Origin: Blochmannia endosymbiont of Camponotus modoc
GTDB lineage: Bacteria > Pseudomonadota > Gammaproteobacteria > Enterobacterales > Enterobacteriaceae
NCBI RefSeq assembly: GCF_023585785.1
Contig: NZ_CP097765.1
Location: 30,001-62,000 of the forward strand
Length of the DNA: 32,000 nucleotides
Direction of reading: 5' to 3'
Under the pieces are notes generated by a model. The model was not told the origin of the DNA. It ran no database searches and saw nothing but the letters and a program-made list of their open reading frames with translations. Shown here piece after piece: positions 9,009-20,448 of this stretch (position 1 is the first letter of the stretch; every line of letters starts with the position of its first letter). The position numbers were made by a program, and so were the translations under genes.

Positions 9009-10562
9009 ATGGAATTTTTAACAGACATATCCATGTGGATAGGATTCTTAACTTTAGTAATTTTAGAAATTGTACTTGGCGTCGATAATTTGGTTTTTAT
9101 TGCTATTTTAACAGACAAACTTCCAAAAAAACAACGTGAACGCGCATGTATTATTGGGTTAACATTAGCATTAATAATGCGTATCGCATTATTATCTTTG
9201 ATTTCATGGTTTGTTACCCTTACAAAACCATTGTGCAAAATTGCTACTTTTTCATTTTCTGGTAGAGATTTAATTTTATTATTTGGCGGCATGTTTCTTT
9301 TGTTTAAAGCAACTACTGAATTACATCAACAATTAGAACATAAAGTACATAATCACGCTAGTCGTGGATATGCTAGTTTTTGGGTAGTAGTAATACAAAT
9401 TGTAGTTTTTGATGCTATTTTTTCTCTCGATGCAGTAATAACGGCTGTTGGTACAGTAGAGAATTTGACAATAATGATAATAGCAGTTGTTATAGCAGTA
9501 GTAATAATGTCGCTATCATCTCGTTTATTAACTAATTTCATTAATAGTCATCAGACTGTAGTAGTTTTATGTTTAAGTTTTTTATTAATTATTGGTTTGA
9601 GTTTAATTGCAGAGGGAATTGGATTTTATATACCAAAAGGTTATTTATATGTTGCTATTGGATTTTCGGTATTAATTGAATTATTTAATCAAATTGCTCA
9701 CTGTAATTCCATGAAGGGTCAATCAACCAAATCAATGCGTGAACGCACAGCAGAGGCGATTATGAGGTTAATGGGTAATACAGCTCAATGGAACTTTGAT
9801 ACAGAGAAAAATTCTTCAGTTCTTTTATCAAAAACACATTTTGCTGAAGAGGAGCGCCATATGATTACTGGAGTATTATCGTTAGCTTCACGTACCTTAC
9901 GAAGTATAATGACTCCTAGAAATGAAATTTCGTGGTTAGATTCTCAAAAATCAGTGCAAGAGTTATATTCTACGTTAATGAATACTCCTCATAATATGTT
10001 TCCAGTATGTAACGGTGAATTGGATCAATTAATAGGCATTGTTCGTGCTAAAGATTTAATGGCAGCTATTGCTAATGGAGAGCAGTTAGAAACACATGCT
10101 TCAGAAAATTTGCCCATTGTAGTTCCAGAAACTTTGGATGTCTTAAATTTATTAAAAGAATTGCGGCGTGCAAAAGGAAGTATGGTTGTTGTATCTAATG
10201 AATTTGGTATTATTCAAGGATTAATAACCCCTTTGGATGTATTAGAAGCTATAGCTGGTGAATTTCCTGATGAAGATGAAACACCAGAAATTGAAATAAT
10301 TAATAATGGGACAGGTTGGTTAGCAAAAGGTAGTATGGATCTACATGCATTACAACAGGCGTTACAGGCTCATGATTTGGTGCATGTTTGTGATCACGTA
10401 GCTTCTTTAGCTGGTCTGTTATTATCCCGTTGTGACCGTATACCAAAAGAGGGCGATGTGTTAACAATTAATAGATGGCGTTTTATAATTCGAAAAATGA
10501 TAGAGTATCGCATTGAATTAGTAGAAATAGAATGCCTTTTATTTTTTAATGATACACATTAA
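9009..10562 (+). CDS. yoaE: TerC-family inner membrane protein with CBS pair and CorC/HlyC C-terminal domain (YoaE)
   Basis: The track ORF is 8997..10562. I moved the start to ATG 9009 because [34 protein letters not shown] aligns with the E. coli YoaE N-terminus. GGAG at 8999-9002 sits 6 nt upstream of that ATG. The gene is divergent from manX, as in E. coli. Confidence 0.92.
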   Translation: MEFLTDISMWIGFLTLVILEIVLGVDNLVFIAILTDKLPKKQRERACIIGLTLALIMRIALLSLISWFVTLTKPLCKIATFSFSGRDLILLFGGMFLLFKATTELHQQLEHKVHNHASRGYASFWVVVIQIVVFDAIFSLDAVITAVGTVENLTIMIIAVVIAVVIMSLSSRLLTNFINSHQTVVVLCLSFLLIIGLSLIAEGIGFYIPKGYLYVAIGFSVLIELFNQIAHCNSMKGQSTKSMRERTAEAIMRLMGNTAQWNFDTEKNSSVLLSKTHFAEEERHMITGVLSLASRTLRSIMTPRNEISWLDSQKSVQELYSTLMNTPHNMFPVCNGELDQLIGIVRAKDLMAAIANGEQLETHASENLPIVVPETLDVLNLLKELRRAKGSMVVVSNEFGIIQGLITPLDVLEAIAGEFPDEDETPEIEIINNGTGWLAKGSMDLHALQQALQAHDLVHVCDHVASLAGLLLSRCDRIPKEGDVLTINRWRFIIRKMIEYRIELVEIECLLFFNDTH

Positions 10563-10585
10563 TAAATAGTATTATTAATGTGTAT
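10552..10585. terminator. hairpin between convergent yoaE and pabB, overlapping the yoaE stop codon
   Basis: ATACACATTAATAA (10552-10565) pairs perfectly with TTATTAATGTGTAT (10572-10585), giving a 14-bp stem and a 6-nt loop. Confidence 0.5.
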
Positions 10586-10626
10586 ATATGTATGTGTAAT
10601 ACTATAAAATTGTTGATTTAAAGTAG

Positions 10627-12018
10627 TTATTTTAAATAAAATTTTTTTAGTAACGGTAGCAATAAAGTAGAGATTTTGTCTTGCATTTCTTGATATTCTA
10701 CTTCTTCATCGCTTTCGAAAATAATACCGCTCCCTACTGAACAAAACAAATATTGTCTTTCAGCTAACATTGTTCTGATAGCAATATTGGTATCCATATT
10801 ACCACAACAACTTAAATATCCAATACTTCCAGACCAAACGTGCCGACGTTGTGGTTCAAGTTGTTCAATTAATTGCATAACTTGAACTTTGGGGGCTCCA
10901 ATTATAGATCCTCCTGGAAAACATGCGCGTAATAAATCACAAGCAGAAAAATTATTAGAAAGTTCTCCTGTAATGGTACTGATCATATGATGTACCCCTG
11001 GAAATGATCGAATATCAAATAATTTGGACACATGAATACTGCCCGGAACAGCTACTCTTCCAATATCATTTCTTAATAAATCAACAATCATTAAATTTTC
11101 TGATTGATTTTTTGTGGATTTAGATAATTTGATAATTTGGTGATAATCATCTTGTGCGTTTTTTAATCTAGGCAATGTACCTTTAATAGGTTGAGTTTTA
11201 ATTTTTGTATTATGTAACTTTAGAAAACGTTCTGGAGATAAACTGAGTATACTTAATTTGTTTGGTAGTCGAATAAAAGCTGAAAAAGGTGCGTGATTAT
11301 AATGTAACAGATAACGAAATGCTATCCATTCATCTCCTATATATGGAGCAGAGAAACGTTGCGAAAGACATACTTGATAGCAATTTCCTGAAATTATATG
11401 TTTTTGGATAGTATGGAATTTTTGTGCATATTCGGCTCGACTAATGTTACTTTGCCATGGTTGTACGAGATTAAATGATGCATTAGAAACATGATTCTTC
11501 TTATATATATGTTGTTGTTTATATACCCAGGTTAATATTTGATTGGGATTATCGTGAGTAACAAGATAATTTTTACCAAGTTTATGATCTGCAATGATCG
11601 CCCAGCGATACAAACCTATTGCCATATCTGGGAATGAAAGGTCTTGTTCTGCTAATTTTGGCAGTGATTCAATATATCTTGCGAGATCATATCCAAATAC
11701 ACCTAAAAATCCACCTTGAAATGGTAATTGACAATTATTTTCTGGTTTCATACTCATGATATGAGTATATTTTTTTAATAAGATAAATGGGTCTGTATTA
11801 TCAATTTGATGATTTTTATTATCAGAAATTGTAGTGATATTGTTGTGCGTTATTAACGTCAGCGCTGGATCAGTAACTAATATATCAAAACGACTATCTG
11901 GGTGTTTATTATTATGCCCAGAATACAATAACATAGACCATGGTGTATTAGATAAAGGATCAAAAAGATTCAGTATAGTATAAGGATGATAGGGTAATTC
12001 TATAAGATGCATGCCCAT
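10627..12018 (-). CDS. pabB: aminodeoxychorismate synthase component I
   Basis: The 463-aa ORF contains LPFQGGFLGVFGYDL, SLSPERFL, IKGTLPR, ENLMIVDLLRNDIGRV and FPGGSIIGAPK. These are chorismate-utilising enzyme motifs, colinear with E. coli PabB. The start could be Met1 or Met3. Confidence 0.94.
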   Translation of the reverse strand: MGMHLIELPYHPYTILNLFDPLSNTPWSMLLYSGHNNKHPDSRFDILVTDPALTLITHNNITTISDNKNHQIDNTDPFILLKKYTHIMSMKPENNCQLPFQGGFLGVFGYDLARYIESLPKLAEQDLSFPDMAIGLYRWAIIADHKLGKNYLVTHDNPNQILTWVYKQQHIYKKNHVSNASFNLVQPWQSNISRAEYAQKFHTIQKHIISGNCYQVCLSQRFSAPYIGDEWIAFRYLLHYNHAPFSAFIRLPNKLSILSLSPERFLKLHNTKIKTQPIKGTLPRLKNAQDDYHQIIKLSKSTKNQSENLMIVDLLRNDIGRVAVPGSIHVSKLFDIRSFPGVHHMISTITGELSNNFSACDLLRACFPGGSIIGAPKVQVMQLIEQLEPQRRHVWSGSIGYLSCCGNMDTNIAIRTMLAERQYLFCSVGSGIIFESDEEVEYQEMQDKISTLLLPLLKKFYLK

Positions 12019-12384
12019 TTAAAACAGACGTTTCCTTTATGATTTTAAGAATGTATATTGATTATGTATATAACATTTGATTGTTATTATTTTTAGAAAA
12101 TGAAGAATATTTAAAATTTATGTTGTTGCACGTATCAGATTTAATTATTGTATATGTATTTTATTTTAGAATACTTCAAAAATTACATGATTAGCATATC
12201 TATATTGTTGCGCTAAAATACTTGATCATTATATCATCGATATGATTAAAATATTAGTATAATTTCTAGTTTTAATCATTTTAGTTGGTTTAGTAAAATT
12301 TTATATTTTACTATAAGTAAAATATAATATATGCAATACATTTATAATTTTATTTTTATACAATTTCATTTTTATTTACGTGAT

Positions 12385-13098
12385 ATGTCTACTCGAATTT
12401 TGGCTTTTGATACTAGCACTGAATTGTGTTCTGTTGCTGTAATGATCAATCATAGCATATATGATCACAAAATTATAGCTCCAAGGAGTCATTCAGAAAA
12501 TATATTACCTATGATTAATCAATTATTAATAGACGCAGGTGTTACCTTACAATCTTTGGATTGTATTGTATTTAATAGAGGACCGGGTAGTTTTGCGGGG
12601 ATACGTATTGGGATAAGCGTCGCACAAGGCTTAGCGTTAGGAGCAGATTTACCGTTAGTAGAGGTATCTTCTTTGGAAGTACTAGCGCAAGGGGCTTGGC
12701 GTATTTTTTCTGTTAAACAAGTTATATCCACTATTGATGCGCGTATGGGTGAGTTGTATTGGGCTCGTTATTATCGAATGAGCGACGATAGTTGTTGGGT
12801 ACGTAGTGACAATGAGTCTGTTACAAATCCGGAAATAATTGCAAAAAAATTAATATATTATGGTTCCCAGAAGATACAGGGTAACTGGGCTCTTGTAGGA
12901 ACAGGTTGGAATAACTATCTAATGTTGAAATGCATAAGAATGCCTGGTGGGATTGATTTAAAGAAAAGTGTCATGTCACCCGAAGCACAGGACATGTTGC
13001 CTTTAGGTATATGTAGTTGGAGAAATAAAATATTTATTAATCCAAATCAGGCGCAACCTGTTTATTTGCGTAATGTAGTAGTTGTAAAGAAAAAATGA
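12385..13098 (+). CDS. tsaB: tRNA t6A37 modification protein TsaB (YeaZ)
   Basis: The track ORF is 12331..13098. I moved the start to ATG 12385 because MSTRILAFDTSTELCSVAV aligns with E. coli YeaZ MRILAIDTATEACSVAL. GPGSFAGIRIG is present. Confidence 0.9.
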   Translation: MSTRILAFDTSTELCSVAVMINHSIYDHKIIAPRSHSENILPMINQLLIDAGVTLQSLDCIVFNRGPGSFAGIRIGISVAQGLALGADLPLVEVSSLEVLAQGAWRIFSVKQVISTIDARMGELYWARYYRMSDDSCWVRSDNESVTNPEIIAKKLIYYGSQKIQGNWALVGTGWNNYLMLKCIRMPGGIDLKKSVMSPEAQDMLPLGICSWRNKIFINPNQAQPVYLRNVVVVKKK

Positions 13099-13458
13099 TA
13101 TCTAGTTTTTAATAATGGTTATCAATGATAATAATAATGTTAGACGTCGCATATTTTAATAATTTTTTACGTAAGAGTATATATATTTATTATATTTTAG
13201 CATTGCAATATGATTATTTATAGAATTGTTTTACAATATTAATGTGTGGTTGTATTTTTCATTTTTTACTGTAATTTGGATTTTTGCAATAAAAATTTTT
13301 TATTGGATATTGATTAAATAAAATAAGGAGATATAACAAAGTTGTTGTAATTTTATTTTTTTATATGTCAATGTAATCTTCTTTTATACCGACAGAACAT
13401 TGTTGTTCAATAGTATCGATAAATTTTTTTAATTGAAAATTGGAATTAATTGTACGAT

Positions 13459-13722
13459 TTATTGTGTTTCTTCATTAAAAAAAATTATCTTACATTTTAA
13501 AATAGATGTATTGTTGTCTTTTTTTTCTAATTGGATTGAAAGTATGCGTGGATTATGTATATATTTACTTATTGTTTGGACTAAATCTTTTTTTAATTGA
13601 GGTAAAAAATATGGAGTAAAATTATTTCTAATGTTATGTTCAGAAATAATTTCTTGTAGTCTTTTTTTAGCGATGTTGGCCGGTGTTTTTTTTTTAAAAA
13701 AAAAGAAATTTACTAATACCAT
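13459..13722 (-). CDS. minE: cell division topological specificity factor MinE
   Basis: The track ORF extends to 13776 and would overlap minD. The internal ATG at 13722 gives MVLVNFFFFKKKTPANIAKKRLQEII, which aligns with E. coli MinE [26 protein letters not shown]. That start lies 7 nt after the minD stop codon. Confidence 0.92.
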   Translation of the reverse strand: MVLVNFFFFKKKTPANIAKKRLQEIISEHNIRNNFTPYFLPQLKKDLVQTISKYIHNPRILSIQLEKKDNNTSILKCKIIFFNEETQ

Positions 13723-13729
13723 GATAGTA

Positions 13730-14548
13730 TTATCTCTTGAAAAATCGTTTAAAAAAATTGAGTTTTTTTTCTTCAATAAAGCGTAAAGGACATGGGTTGC
13801 CTAACAAACGATCTACTGTATCTGAATAGGCTTGTCCTGCGTGCGATTTTGAATCCAAAATAATTGGTTCACCTTGATTAGATGCTTTTAATACTGATTT
13901 ATCTTCTGGTATAACACCTAATACAGGAATTCTTAATATCTCTATTACATCTTCTAAACTAAGCATATCTCCTCGTCGAACGCGGCTAGGATTATATCGA
14001 GTTAGTAATAGGTGTTCTTTGATTGTGTCTATACCATTTTCAGAACGTTTAGACTGAGATGCTAAAATACCTAGTATGCGATCTGAGTCATGTACTGATG
14101 AAATTTCTGGATTGGTAGTAACAATGGCTTCGTCTGCAAAATATAGAGCTGTTACAGCTCCGCTATCAATACCTGCAGGAGAATCACATATTATAAATTC
14201 AAAGTTCATTTTATTAAGATTATTTAATATTTTTTCTACTCCAACCCGAGTTAAAGAATTTTTATCGCGTGTTTGTGAAGCAGGTAGAATATATAAATAA
14301 TCAGTGTGTTTATCTTTAATTAATGCTTGATGTAAAGTGGCTTCACCTTGGATGACATTAATAAAATCATACACTACTCTACGTTCGCATCCCATGATTA
14401 AATCGAGATTACGCAATCCAATATCGAAATCAATGACAGCAGTTTTTTTACCTTTACGTGCTAGTCCAGTAGCGAGAGCTGCGCTTGATGTTGTTTTACC
14501 TACTCCTCCTTTTCCTGAAGTAATAACTATTATTCGCGTCATAAACAA
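13730..14548 (-). CDS. minD: septum site-determining ATPase MinD
   Basis: The 272-aa ORF carries the deviant Walker A motif SGKGGVGKTT. The C-terminal RFIEEKKLNFFKRFFKR is the amphipathic membrane-targeting helix. The start could also be the Met at 14542. Confidence 0.96.
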   Translation of the reverse strand: MFMTRIIVITSGKGGVGKTTSSAALATGLARKGKKTAVIDFDIGLRNLDLIMGCERRVVYDFINVIQGEATLHQALIKDKHTDYLYILPASQTRDKNSLTRVGVEKILNNLNKMNFEFIICDSPAGIDSGAVTALYFADEAIVTTNPEISSVHDSDRILGILASQSKRSENGIDTIKEHLLLTRYNPSRVRRGDMLSLEDVIEILRIPVLGVIPEDKSVLKASNQGEPIILDSKSHAGQAYSDTVDRLLGNPCPLRFIEEKKLNFFKRFFKR

Positions 14549-14567
14549 ATCCTTATCGCAGAATACA

Positions 14568-15248
14568 TTATAAATTTTGAATGATAAGCATATCGTCTTT
14601 TAAACTAAGTCTTACCGATTTACCTGAAAATTCTTTTGGAATTTGATCGCTTAGCCAATAACGCCCTCCAATAGATACTAGTTCAGGAGATAAACGAGTA
14701 CAAAAAATTTGGGATTCTTTACTACCAGATGCACCGGCTAATACCCTTCCTCTCATCGTACCATAAATATGGATATTTCCGTCGGCAATAATTTCAGCTC
14801 CAGCATTAACATTTGCAATAACAATTAAATCTCTGTTGCGAGCGTATATTTTTTGTCCAGAACGTATTGGTGTATTGATTAATTGTGTTTTAGAGATTAT
14901 TGGAATTTTTTTTTGTAAGCATTCTGAACAATATTTATATCTTATAGAAGTTCCTTGAGTAAGAATAGGTATTCCACTACGAATTATTATTTCTTTTAAT
15001 TTGTTATCATGACAACAGCATACTCCAACTATAAATAATCCAGCATCAGATATTGTTCGACACAGAGCATCCCAATTGTTACAATAATTAAGATTACCAA
15101 CATTTATAACAACTGGGGTGTTTTTTAATAAAAAAAAGGGAGCTTTTTTTATTTTTTCTTCTAATGATCGACGAACTACCCCTATACACGTACTATAGAC
15201 ATGTATCACCAATAATGTAAAATTACTCCCTTTTATACTAATAGACAC
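14568..15248 (-). CDS. minC: septum site-determining protein MinC
   Basis: The 226-aa ORF has a GTG start (rc of 15246-15248). MSISIKGSNFTLLVIHV and the C-terminal AGAEIIADGNIHIYGTMRGRVLAGASG...QIFC are colinear with E. coli MinC. The minCDE operon order is preserved. Confidence 0.93.
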   Translation of the reverse strand: MSISIKGSNFTLLVIHVYSTCIGVVRRSLEEKIKKAPFFLLKNTPVVINVGNLNYCNNWDALCRTISDAGLFIVGVCCCHDNKLKEIIIRSGIPILTQGTSIRYKYCSECLQKKIPIISKTQLINTPIRSGQKIYARNRDLIVIANVNAGAEIIADGNIHIYGTMRGRVLAGASGSKESQIFCTRLSPELVSIGGRYWLSDQIPKEFSGKSVRLSLKDDMLIIQNL

Positions 15249-15952
15249 ATTGATCTTTCACAATTTAGATACACATGCATATACCTATATGCAACATGAT
15301 TATTTGTACGAACGTATATTTATTTATTATTCGTTTTATGATTTATATATATTAATTTTTATTTTTTAAATTATAGAATACTATCGCGCCTATAGTAGAA
15401 TAGGTGAAATGATGACATATCAATAAAAATTAATTAATGACCATACATAGTTAAATAACTACCGTAGTATAATGTATTTTATCGGTGTAGTAAATATGAC
15501 ATATTTAAAATTGTACGATATTAATGATTGTTTATTTTTATAAATTATCAGGATAACTATATTTTTTGTTAACATGAAATTAAGGCTAATATATTGTCAT
15601 AGTATATTGGTAACATAATTTTTACTTTTTAAAATTTTAGATATTAATGTAATATATACACTTTATAAAAGTTTTAAAACAATAAGAAATACTGATAATA
15701 ATATTATTTCAAAAGTGTATATTATGTAGAGCAATATACATTTGGGTTGGTTTTATTAAACAATATTTTTTGAGTAAATATATGCTAGAATCAGTCAGTA
15801 TATTTTATATTGATGATTTCTCAGTACGCACACAATTAAGGTAGTAGGTGACCTCAATAAAGATTGATGATAATACATAATTTTGTGTTTTATGTATAAA
15901 TAAGTAATACATGTTCTTAAATGCAAAAATTGGTATGAATTTTATTTATATT

Positions 15953-16477
15953 CTATTTATTATTATATTTTTGGAGATCAATAATTTGTGATAGCGATAC
16001 GAGTATCGCTATTATTAAGTAGTTAGCAAAAATTATAAGCATCCACTGAGATATTTCTAACGATAAAAAGTACCATTTATATTCAGCGCAATTACCATCA
16101 GCATCAAACATACTAGGCCACCACTTATTTAAAGGTAACCAATGAGGAAATTGTACAAACAAATCACACATTAAAAATGGGGATGGATGTAATTGAATAT
16201 CAGTATATTCTTTAGCTAGCAACAATCCTTTCCAAGCGCTGTATATCCAAATTGGGATAGAAAAAAATCTTAAAGGAGTAAATGGAGCAATTGTTCCAAC
16301 CAATCCAGCAATTCCTATGCCACATAAAGCGCATCTTTGGTAAACACATAATACGCAAGGTTTTATTAACACAATGTGTTGTAAATATAAGGCTATTAAC
16401 TCTAAAATAACAACGGTAAATATTAACAAAACCCAGCTTTTTCTAGTTTTAGAGCAAATATTTAAAAAATTCAACAT
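15953..16477 (-). CDS. dsbB: disulfide bond formation protein B
   Basis: The 174-aa ORF is a four-TM protein with the LIKPCVLCVYQRCAL (CxxC) motif and the second Cys pair (MCD...GNCAE). It is colinear with E. coli DsbB. Confidence 0.95.
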   Translation of the reverse strand: MLNFLNICSKTRKSWVLLIFTVVILELIALYLQHIVLIKPCVLCVYQRCALCGIGIAGLVGTIAPFTPLRFFSIPIWIYSAWKGLLLAKEYTDIQLHPSPFLMCDLFVQFPHWLPLNKWWPSMFDADGNCAEYKWYFLSLEISQWMLIIFANYLIIAILVSLSQIIDLQKYNNK

Positions 16478-16856
16478 AAATAATTACCTAAAATTAAAAC
16501 AATTTAGATTGATGTATTTTAATATTTTTTAAAAAATAAAAAATTTGATATCATCAAATCTTTTGTGTATTAAAGTTATTGCACATGATATATGTGTAAT
16601 TATGTATACATTTAAATCTTGATAAGACTATCAAATTAGAAACAATGAGACAAGTACAATAATTTAATTTACATTTATTTGTGGCCAATAGTATTAAAAT
16701 ATTAATATTTATAATCTTTCCAATCAGGATTAATTGGATAGTTTAGATTTATAAACGTGTAAATGATCATATTGTATGTTTCATAATATGAATTAATAAA
16801 ATTTTTATAGTTTTCACATTTTATTAATTCTTATTTATATTTCAAATATTTAATTG

Positions 16857-16901
16857 ATAAGAGATGTTATTTGAGAATGTTGCAGAGATAACATCTCTTA
16901 T
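16857..16901 (-). terminator. hairpin downstream of gapA
   Basis: ATAAGAGATGTTAT (16857-16870) pairs perfectly with ATAACATCTCTTAT (16888-16901), giving a 14-bp stem and a 17-nt loop. It lies about 86 nt after the gapA stop on the reverse strand. The trailing sequence is moderately T-rich. Confidence 0.45.
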
Positions 16902-16986
16902 TTGACAGTCATTAAACTGTTTTTATTTGATTCTAATCATTAATGAGACTACCTATGTAATAGGTTGAAATGTTTATCGGATAATA

Positions 16987-17991
<1,005 letters not shown>

Positions 17992-18137
17992 TTATATGCT
18001 CCTGTTTTAATTGTGATTATATGTTATGTTGTACATTTTAAATGCAGACATGGAATATTGTTTTATGTATCGAACTCTCAATAAGAATTATTTTAATAAC
18101 TTAAAAGTAATATGCGTATTTAATTTTTTGATATTTC

Positions 18138-18185
18138 ATATATTACATATTAGTGATATTATCATATCACTAATATGTAATATAT
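18138..18185. terminator. perfect 22-bp-stem AT-rich palindrome between sppA (stop) and gapA (start)
   Basis: Positions 18138-18159 pair base for base with 18164-18185 (checked individually), with the 4-nt loop TATC. The sequence is ATATATTACATATTAGTGATAT/ATATCACTAATATGTAATATAT. A T-rich tract (TTTAATTTTT) follows on the + strand only. Confidence 0.4.
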
Positions 18186-18362
18186 TTAATTTTTGATAGT
18201 TACGTGTATTTTGTAATTTATTATGATCTAATAATATAAATATATTTTTAGATTACGTTTTTTATAAGTATTAAAGTTAAATGAATTTATTAATGTAATT
18301 TTTTGTGATTGAATCATCATTTTGTAATTCTATAAGTATGTAAATAAAATTTTTATTATATA

Positions 18363-20240
18363 TTATAATTGTTCTAAATAATTTAAATCAAGAGCATAGC
18401 AATTTTTTGGATCATTCCATGAAAATTGCGGGATGTTGAGGTTATTTATTTTTATATTATTATTAAAATTAATTAATGAAACATAATGATTTAATAAATT
18501 TATAATTATAGTGTGAATAACTTTATTAGTTTGTTGTATTAAAATATCTATCCAATTTATTTTATTTTCGTACCAATTTAGTTGATATTCTTTTAAGTGA
18601 GCTAGTTCGATAGCTTTATTTATTGCGTCATCTAAATCTCCTATATTGTCAATTAATCCATTTTTTATTGCATCATAACCAAGCCATACATGGCCTTGAG
18701 CAATTTTATGGATATCTTCTGTAGTTTTACAGCGAGATTCAGCCACAGTGTTAATAAAATAATGATAGCTGGTATCTACATAAAGTTGCATCATGTTTAT
18801 ATATTCAGTAGGTAGCGGGGTAGTTATTGAAATATTTGATATAGGGGATGTATTTATTCCATCACTATGAATACCGATGGTGTCAAGAGATTTTTCAAAT
18901 GTATTAATAATACCAAATATACCGATAGAACCTGTAATAGTACTGTTACTTGCAATAATAACATTGGCTGGAGTTGATATCCAATATCCGCCAGATGCTG
19001 CTATGCTACCCATAGAAACCACTACTGGTTTACCAGAATCTCTGAAAGCTATTAATTCTAATCGAATTAATTCAGAAGCATTTACGCTTCCACCGGGGCT
19101 ATTGACACGAAGTACTATTGCTTTTATTTTAGGATCAAACCGAGCGCTGCGAATTTTATGTGCTATAGTATCACCACCAATTGAACCTGGTATATCAGGT
19201 CCATCCACAATAGGGCCATTAATACATATTATTGCTATTTGGTTATCTTGTTTTGTAGGAGCTACAAGATTATAATCATACATGCTAATTGCATTAAACG
19301 AAGTGCCTTGTTTATTAGATCCAAATATTTCTTTCATCGTATTTTCTATAACAAAATGGGATGCGATTTCATCGATCCATTTATTTTTGAGTGCATAAGC
19401 TGCAGTATCGCCTTGCATTTGATGCAATTCATTTAGCATATTGTTAATGCCTGGAAAAATTGCTTGTGTTGTTGTATTACGATTAATAGATATTATTTTT
19501 AAATATTGATCCCATAAGCGATTTACCAATTTTGTTTCTTCATGTCGTACATGATCAGACATTTGATCTTGAATAAATGGTTCAACGGCAGATTTATATG
19601 TACCTACTCTAAAAATATGAGTATTAATTTTTAAATTATCTAATAGAGATTTATAATATAACTTGTTGGTGGAAATTCCTCGTAAATCTACAAATCCATG
19701 TGGTGTGAGATAAATTTTATTGGAATAACTAGCGAGCAAATACTGTGATTGATTGTAATAATCAGAAATAGCATAAATTGGTTTGCCAGATTCTTTGAAT
19801 TCACGTAATGCTTTACCAATATATTCTAATGATGTTTGATTGCTTCCATAAAAGTTTTTTAATGATAATATCAATCCAGTTATATGTGGATCATTTTTGG
19901 CTTGACGTAATATATTAATAATATCAAATAGCGAGTTTTCTTTAGCATTTGATTTATTTGTATTTAATAAATGTTGACTGAATTTTTGAAATTTACTGTA
20001 TGTCACTGGTTTATCTACAATAATACCAGAAAGATCTAGAATTAATGCAGAGTATTTTGATAATGAGGTAGAAGAATCACGTAAATTTAAATATATTCCC
20101 ACACTAATCATAATGAAAATTATGAAAAATATATTTATTATTATTGTTCGTATTAAATATAGTGTACGCACGCTATATCTAAGTATTTTATAAATGATTT
20201 TCCATATATTTTGAATGAACGATTTTATCATTAAAAACAT
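18363..20240 (-). CDS. sppA: signal peptide peptidase A (protease IV, S49 family)
   Basis: The 625-aa ORF has an N-terminal TM segment plus FRVGTYKSAVEPF, VLRVNSPGGSV and SMGSIAASGGYWISTPAN. It is colinear with E. coli SppA. Confidence 0.95.
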   Translation of the reverse strand: MFLMIKSFIQNIWKIIYKILRYSVRTLYLIRTIIINIFFIIFIMISVGIYLNLRDSSTSLSKYSALILDLSGIIVDKPVTYSKFQKFSQHLLNTNKSNAKENSLFDIINILRQAKNDPHITGLILSLKNFYGSNQTSLEYIGKALREFKESGKPIYAISDYYNQSQYLLASYSNKIYLTPHGFVDLRGISTNKLYYKSLLDNLKINTHIFRVGTYKSAVEPFIQDQMSDHVRHEETKLVNRLWDQYLKIISINRNTTTQAIFPGINNMLNELHQMQGDTAAYALKNKWIDEIASHFVIENTMKEIFGSNKQGTSFNAISMYDYNLVAPTKQDNQIAIICINGPIVDGPDIPGSIGGDTIAHKIRSARFDPKIKAIVLRVNSPGGSVNASELIRLELIAFRDSGKPVVVSMGSIAASGGYWISTPANVIIASNSTITGSIGIFGIINTFEKSLDTIGIHSDGINTSPISNISITTPLPTEYINMMQLYVDTSYHYFINTVAESRCKTTEDIHKIAQGHVWLGYDAIKNGLIDNIGDLDDAINKAIELAHLKEYQLNWYENKINWIDILIQQTNKVIHTIIINLLNHYVSLINFNNNIKINNLNIPQFSWNDPKNCYALDLNYLEQL

Positions 20241-20314
20241 TATACAATATCCACATGAATTTTATATTTTCACACTTAAATCAAATTAGGTATTACATAA
20301 TACGCATAAATTAA

Positions 20315-20336
20315 ATGAAAATTATGAAATTTTCAT
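20315..20336 (-). terminator. hairpin downstream of xthA
   Basis: ATGAAAATT (20315-20323) pairs with AATTTTCAT (20328-20336), giving a 9-bp stem and a 4-nt loop. It lies about 113 nt after the xthA stop. The reverse strand continues TTAATTTATG. Confidence 0.3.
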
Positions 20337-20448
20337 GATTTTATTAATTTTTACATATATAAAAATTAAAAATTTCCAGTGAAATTATACCATATTAGTA
20401 GTTAAGGTTTATATGAAATGATTTCCGCGTGACGTAAGTAAGTATATA

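Noticed and set aside
13723-13776. An N-terminal extension of the minE ORF that would overlap the minD C-terminus.
   Set aside because: Alignment to E. coli MinE places the start at the internal ATG 13722, 7 nt after the minD stop. The extension has no counterpart in MinE.
18877-19275. A 132-aa + strand ORF antisense to sppA, plus 19239..19436.
   Set aside because: They lie opposite the most conserved S49 peptidase core of sppA. They are open only because that segment is comparatively GC-containing. I recognise no motif in them.
20247-20255. A DnaA-box-like 9-mer ATATCCACA upstream of sppA.
   Set aside because: It is a single 8-of-9 match with no cluster of boxes and no adjacent AT-rich 13-mer repeats. 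That is not evidence for an origin.
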